Assembly (NCBI GenBank): GCA_051362555.1
Contig: CM120641.1
Coordinates: forward strand, 2,976,001 to 3,040,000
Length of the DNA: 64,000 bases
Direction: 5' to 3'
Source of the DNA: Lingula anatina
Lineage: Eukaryota; Animalia; Brachiopoda
A model generated the notes under the pieces. That model searched no databases. It was not told the origin of the DNA and saw only the letters and a program-made list of their open reading frames with translations. The translations under genes were made by a program, and so were the position numbers. Positions 58,492-64,000 of this stretch are shown here, piece after piece; positions within the stretch are counted from its first letter, which is position 1, and each line of letters begins with the position of its first letter.

Positions 58492-61400
58492 ATGGCAACC
58501 GGTGGCCAGTATGCTGTCGGCAAAGGAAAACTAAGGCGCCTGTTGCGCAGAATAAGTTTGGCTAGCATTGGAGAGGTTGTAGGTGAGTTGAAAAAGTACG
58601 TGTTTGTGGGTTAGTGTCTTAAGAACATTTAGTTGTTTATCTTACTTTAATGTGACATATGCCTATTGTTTACATATAGAGAAAACCATTTGTATGAACC
58701 GCTGGTTGATAAAGATAAATCATTTCATAGATTAGCTTACATCAACGGGCCTATATTTCAATCACATTGCATTCATTGCAAATGTAGTGAGAGGAATTTT
58801 TGTTGCACCTACAATCTTTCTTTAAAGTTTTATTTTAGTAACAAATTCGAAAGTATCCGTAAGTATTAATTTAGTAAATGTTTAGGTTTTTTTTTTTTTT
58901 TTTTTTTTTTTTTGGGGGGGGGGGGGGACTCAGAATTGGGAGCGTCTTAGATGGTATCTGTGACTCTCTTGTGCAAAGAGATAAGAAAAAGTGAAGCGGA
59001 CGATGCAATCATTATCTCGAGTAAAATGGCATGCAATCTAGTAACGTCGAGCAATGGTACTTGTTCCGTTACCTCCGACTTTGAAGGGAAGTCTTTCTCC
59101 ATAGATCCTTCATACAAACCGAAGAAGTTAAAGACAAGCGACACAGAACTGAAGAGCATTGATCTCGACTACAAACATGAATCGAGAGTTCTGGCCCTGT
59201 ACACAGGTGGAACGATTGGCATGTGTATTCATGATGGAGGTAACAGTGTCAGTAATGACGCAATATTTGATCATAATCTTTTAATCACTTTATTAAAAAC
59301 AATATAGACAACCTGGTCTAATTTTATTTAAGCAGTATGTGTCGGTGTTTATAAAAAGTGTATGTACTGTATACATGATTTTGCATGTTAATTTTTAGCA
59401 CGAAAATTCATGCGTAAGCACTTCTATTGACAATTCTCATATGTACTGGCTGTTAGCACGGCCTGTACATATCAAAATCGTCAATAGGAGTGCTAACGCA
59501 TGAATTTTCATGCTAGGTCATTTTAGTCGTCACGTTTCCGTTTTATCTTATACCGTACATGTAACGTACTAGTACTTAATCACCTATGAATCATTGACTC
59601 ACCTCATGACCTGTATATACACCACATCTTTAATATACACAGCTGTGAAGGAATATTCCATTTACAAAATGACTGATTCCTAATTAAAATGAATAAACAG
59701 ATATGATTACAGGTTGCTGGATCCGCCACCCAGTAATTACCTGTATTGCATCAATTTTTTCAATAGTTGATGTCATAATGACACCCCTTCCTTTCATTTG
59801 ATTATATTTGTGGTTCATTTTACATGTATTTAAGCATTAGGCCACACTTTTTTAATTTTATGGATGACATCCTGCGCGCGCACCGATTTTCGTCCGTTCT
59901 CCAAAAAAAAAAAAAAAAAAAAAAATCCCCTCCCCCCCCCCCCCCCCCCCCCCATGCAAGGAAGTTGGTTGTCGCAAACATCGTTATTGAATTTGCAGGA
60001 AAATGCAATCGGCAATTCTCGGCTAATTCCGCAAGCTCTTAAGAGATTTTAACAAAAAACCAAACTTTTTAGAAAAAAACCAGGGACAAACTTTGAATGT
60101 AAAAATGGATTCATTTACCATTGGTAAGTATGGGAAAATTGTTGTTTACTCCAGGAAAATTCATTTTTTGGCCGAAACGAAGAGTTATTATTGCTTTAAT
60201 TTCAAAATACACGACAATTAAAGTCATAAAGAGAACGGGGACCGTCTTTTTGGATTGGTTTGCCATTGATATTGGACATGGAGATATCACCCTTTTACAA
60301 TTATACGAAAGGCTGGCCGCGGCCAGCGATCATCGCCCGGAAAATTTCAGTGACATTCTGTCCAAAGCAGCACATACCAGTTTCTTTTTGGAGCGAAAAA
60401 AAGGTCGACAAGAGCGTCGTGGTATTTGGTGGACTGAAGGTCGGACAGGCCACCCGATAGTTGGCTGCTAGCGTTTGAGTCGAAGTAGACAAAATGGCAT
60501 CGACCGAAATTACCTTAGTAGTAGGAAGCATAGGCCCATCTTTGCTTCATTTTTTTAACAATTCTGTGAAGTGTTTACAATACTTTAATTTTCTGAGAGT
60601 ACAAATTAAGACACGCTGTTTATTTGATATTTGTTTTATTGGATGCTATACCAACAGAATGCATGAAATAACCTTAAATAGATTTGGTAATATGCAGCAT
60701 ATATATTCATGACTTTTTACCTTTCTACGAAATAGGCCCTATTCACAAAGCTTTAATATTTTGAGAGCATGGATAAAGACATGTTGTTAGTTTGATACGT
60801 GTTTCTGTGGTAAATTAGTGTTTCCAGCTGTGTACTGAAAACATAACTTTTCTTAAGCAGTTTTTTTTTTTTTTTGGACTGTTTTTTTTTTTTTTTCGCC
60901 CGCTCGCACCGACTTTGGGGTCCCCAGAGGATGTCATCCATAAAAATAAAAAAGTGTGGCCTTAGTAAACAACTTTTTTGATATGGTATTATATTTTCTT
61001 TATAGTTTATACCCCAGAACCAAACTTTCTTGTCAGTGAGTTAAGAAAATTATCAATATTCCATGACCAGGAGTACTTAGTTAAACACAGTATATGTGAT
61101 GGAGGTCAAACACCAACCCCATGGATGCAGTCACCATTGTGTATGCCGTGAGTAATTCATTTCAGCAATAATTATGACGTGCCCCACTCAGATTACACTA
61201 AAAAGCTTTTTAAGATTAGGGAAAATATAGAGGCTCATTTATGTGACCCATCTGTTTTATTTCCAAGGTTTGGAATCAAATATTTGAGCAAAAACTATTT
61301 AAAAAAGATATTGATCCCATGACTACATTCACATTTTCAAAGTCAAAAAAGAGACAAACCAACTTATAACACATTTTGCAAAATAGATTATACTTATGGA

Positions 61401-63420
61401 GTGTATCAGTTAAGGCATTACATACACTATATAAACAAAATAAAACCTTCATAATATACTTTTTTTTTCAGTTTAAGCAAGGAAAAGAAAAATGTAGTAT
61501 ATTGTGTGTATGAGTATGAGCCCCTGCTGGATTCCTCCAATATGACCATGGATGACTGGGCTAGGATTGCCTCAGACATTAAGGTAAATCTAAGAGTCCA
61601 GTGCATCTGCTTCTTTTTGAATCCTTTCAGTATTAGAAAAAGTGACAATTTTTTTATACATTGTGTGCATGCTTTATTTTATTATAATTATTTTTTATTA
61701 TTGTTTTTCTTTTTAATTCTGTAAACATGACAGTTTTTTTTTCATTCAGACTTACTATGAGGATTTTGATGGGTTTGTTATACTTCATGGGACAGATACT
61801 ATGGCCTACACAGCCTCAGCTTTGTCTTTCATGTTTGAGAACCTGGGAAAACCTATCATTCTTACTGGCTCACAGGTAAGTTTTTGTTCTCATTATTGAG
61901 GCATTAAGAAAATCACATTAGAACGCGATAAAAATACCCTTCCCCCTATGCCACCCCTACACACAAGTACACACACACACACACACACGTGTGGGCCAAC
62001 ATACATCTATGGATTGCATCACCTTCCATGAAAATCAAAGTCAAATTGTGGTTAAAATGAACAGAATATTAGGTACTGCATAAGTTGGTAATGCTAGAAA
62101 TTGGGTTTTTATCTTTGAAAAACTGTGCCCTTTTTAGCATAAGAAAATTTAGCAGGTGAATTTTCAAATATTTCCTATATAGTGTACACAAAAGAGAGAT
62201 ATATCACAGAAAAGGAGATAATATCTTTATCTATTCATTTCATCAATCTAAATTTTCAGCATGTGGCTTACTACCAAATGCTGTTTGCTTATTTATTCAG
62301 ATTCCTATCTTTGAGACTCGTAGTGACGGCAGGGATAATCTTCTTGGTGCTCTCATTATGGCTGGAAACTACTGCATTCCAGAGGTAACACATTCTCAGT
62401 GTGTATGTGTGTATTGATATGTATTCTGCACAAAGTCTTTTAATTGCTAAAAATGCAATATAAGTTAAGTTTCACATTCAGTATAATAATACTTAAAAGG
62501 ATAAAGTCAGTATGAGATTGCAAATATTGATCTTTTTCATTAAGCAGCTTTTAAAGCATTTAATTTACTACATTGAAATGAATGAAAACCAAAGTTTTTT
62601 ATGAACAAAGTACATACTTTATCCGGATCTTGATTCTATAGATTTTTTTTTATTTCTAGGTAATGATATTTTTCAACAATAAGCTTCTTAGAGGAAACCG
62701 TTCAACCAAATTTGATAGTAGCAGTTTTGATGCATTCCATTCCCCAAACTTTCCTCCCCTTGCTGTTTTAGAGACTAAGATTCATGGTATGATATTTAAA
62801 ACTTATAAAAATGTGTATTTGAAAGTATTAAGGTGAATATCATTTCTTCAGAAATTCCATTTTAAAAATAAATTGTTTATAACAAGTTTGATTCTTGTTT
62901 TCTATCTCAGTTACAATGTACTAGATTGACTGTCTATTTTAGGTTTGTACCCATGATATGATTCACATGGTACAATATGTATTTCAAGTTTTTCTTGATT
63001 TTATGTTTACTTACAGTGGATTGGGATGAGATTTTTACAAGCAACACCACTCAAAAATGTACCCTGCATACAAACCTTTGTCCTAGTGTGGGATTACTCC
63101 GTCTTTTCCCCAGCATCACCACCGCTACGGTTAGTTGAATAAGTTCTTTTTAGTCAGGTTTGAAAGTTTAAATGTTCTATTGGGTTAAGATCATGAAAAA
63201 ATGCTAAAAATAAATGAAATAGTAAATATCCACGCTCTAAGGGAATTATATGGACAATTAAAAAAGATATTCACTAAATGTTTATTTATGCAGGTCATTA
63301 TATCATGTATGGATTTTATATAGAGAGAAATCAATGCTTTAGGTTCAAAGATGTCCAATGTCATAGTAAATTTTCAGATTTTGATAAGAATTTTGATTAT
63401 TTTTATTGATAAAGTTTAAA

Positions 63421-63464
<44 letters not shown>

Positions 63465-63651
63465 GGTTCGCCAGTTTTTGGCACCTCCACTCAAGGGAAT
63501 GGTCCTGGAATCCTACGGGGCAGGAAATGCTCCAGATTCCAGAAAGGACTTAATGCAAGTGTTCTCAGAGGCCACGGAAAGAGGAGTGCTGCTGCTTAAC
63601 ATCACCCAGTGTCACAGAGGCTCTGTTAACCCAAGTTATGCCACAGGAAAG
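58492..63651 (+). CDS. ASPG: L-asparaginase / 60-kDa lysophospholipase (type I asparaginase), 3'-partial
   Basis: Exons 58492-58582 (probable first), 59105-59239 (or extended to ATG 59026/58951), 61006-61147, 61472-61583, 61750-61875, 62301-62384, 62660-62786, 63017-63129, 63466-63651. Motifs [57 protein letters not shown]. Ankyrin-repeat exons would lie beyond the window. Confidence 0.95.
59396..59515. repeat. 120-bp foldback (short MITE-like hairpin)
   Basis: TAGCACGAAAATTCATGCGTAAGCACTTCTATTGAC... is inverted relative to ...GTCAATAGGAGTGCTAACGCATGAATTTTCATGCTA. Confidence 0.75.
59840..60961. mobile_element. Non-autonomous PIF/Harbinger-type element (1122 bp)
   Basis: ~34-bp TIR GGCCACACTTTTTTA.TTTTATGGATGACATCCT at both ends with TTA target duplication (59837-39, 60962-64). 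Confidence 0.88.
63424..63463. repeat. (TTA)n microsatellite abutting an ASPG acceptor
   Basis: Direct reading; runs up to the AG at 63464-65. Confidence 0.9.
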
Positions 63652-63828
63652 GTTTGCTGATAATTAAGAAAAATACTCTTGAAAATGTTATTTTGTTTTT
63701 TGTTTTTTGACACCAATGCAGCAGCTAAGCTTGTGGCTTAGTGTGGTAAGATGTCCTAGGGACCACTCAGATTGAGAAGAGCCGAGTGCTAGTAAGGCCG
63801 TGACCTAAATATGGCGGACTTACACGAA

Positions 63829-63991
63829 GACCGCTTAATCCTGTAATGGTCTCTCCGCCTCTTTGATGCCTCCCCATGCGGCGTCCCTGAAGGGGCACAG
63901 TAATTAAATCTTGGCTCAATTCAACTGGTCGAGGGACAACGCGTGGGGAGGCGTGAAAGAGGCGGAGAGACCATTACAGAATTAAGCAGTC
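63829..63991. repeat. GC-rich foldback with ~60-bp arms (MITE-like)
   Basis: GCTTAATCCTGTAATGGTCTCTCCGCCTCTTT... is inverted relative to ...AAAGAGGCGGAGAGACCATTACAGAATTAAGC. Confidence 0.75.
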
Positions 63992-64000
63992 TCCCTTTCA

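Overview
AT-rich, intron-rich animal genomic DNA, most likely a lophotrochozoan such as a mollusc (inferred from repeat types and gene structure). The window holds five spliced protein-coding genes: (1) protein kinase D on +, 5'-partial, coding exons 5664-25375; (2) an antisense CARD / coiled-coil / CHORD-like zinc-finger gene nested in a PKD intron (16569-19224, -); (3) serine palmitoyltransferase LCB2 subunit, SPTLC2/3 (33720-42564, -); (4) a reticulon, head-to-head with SPTLC2 (42927-55245, +); (5) L-asparaginase/60-kDa lysophospholipase ASPG (from 58492, +, 3'-partial). Introns carry Helentron-associated (HINE-like) elements with internal satellite arrays, several MITEs, and a decayed ISL2EU-type transposon (SAP/YqaJ plus THAP remnants, AT target duplication). 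Main highlights: the nested CARD gene with kB/CRE/CCAAT motifs upstream, a candidate mutually exclusive exon pair in PKD kinase subdomain XI, the SPTLC2-reticulon shared promoter, linkage matching human chromosome 14, and a ~390-nt rod-like foldback between the convergent 3' ends. All exon boundaries were read by eye from GT-AG sites and frame continuity; no database searches were run.
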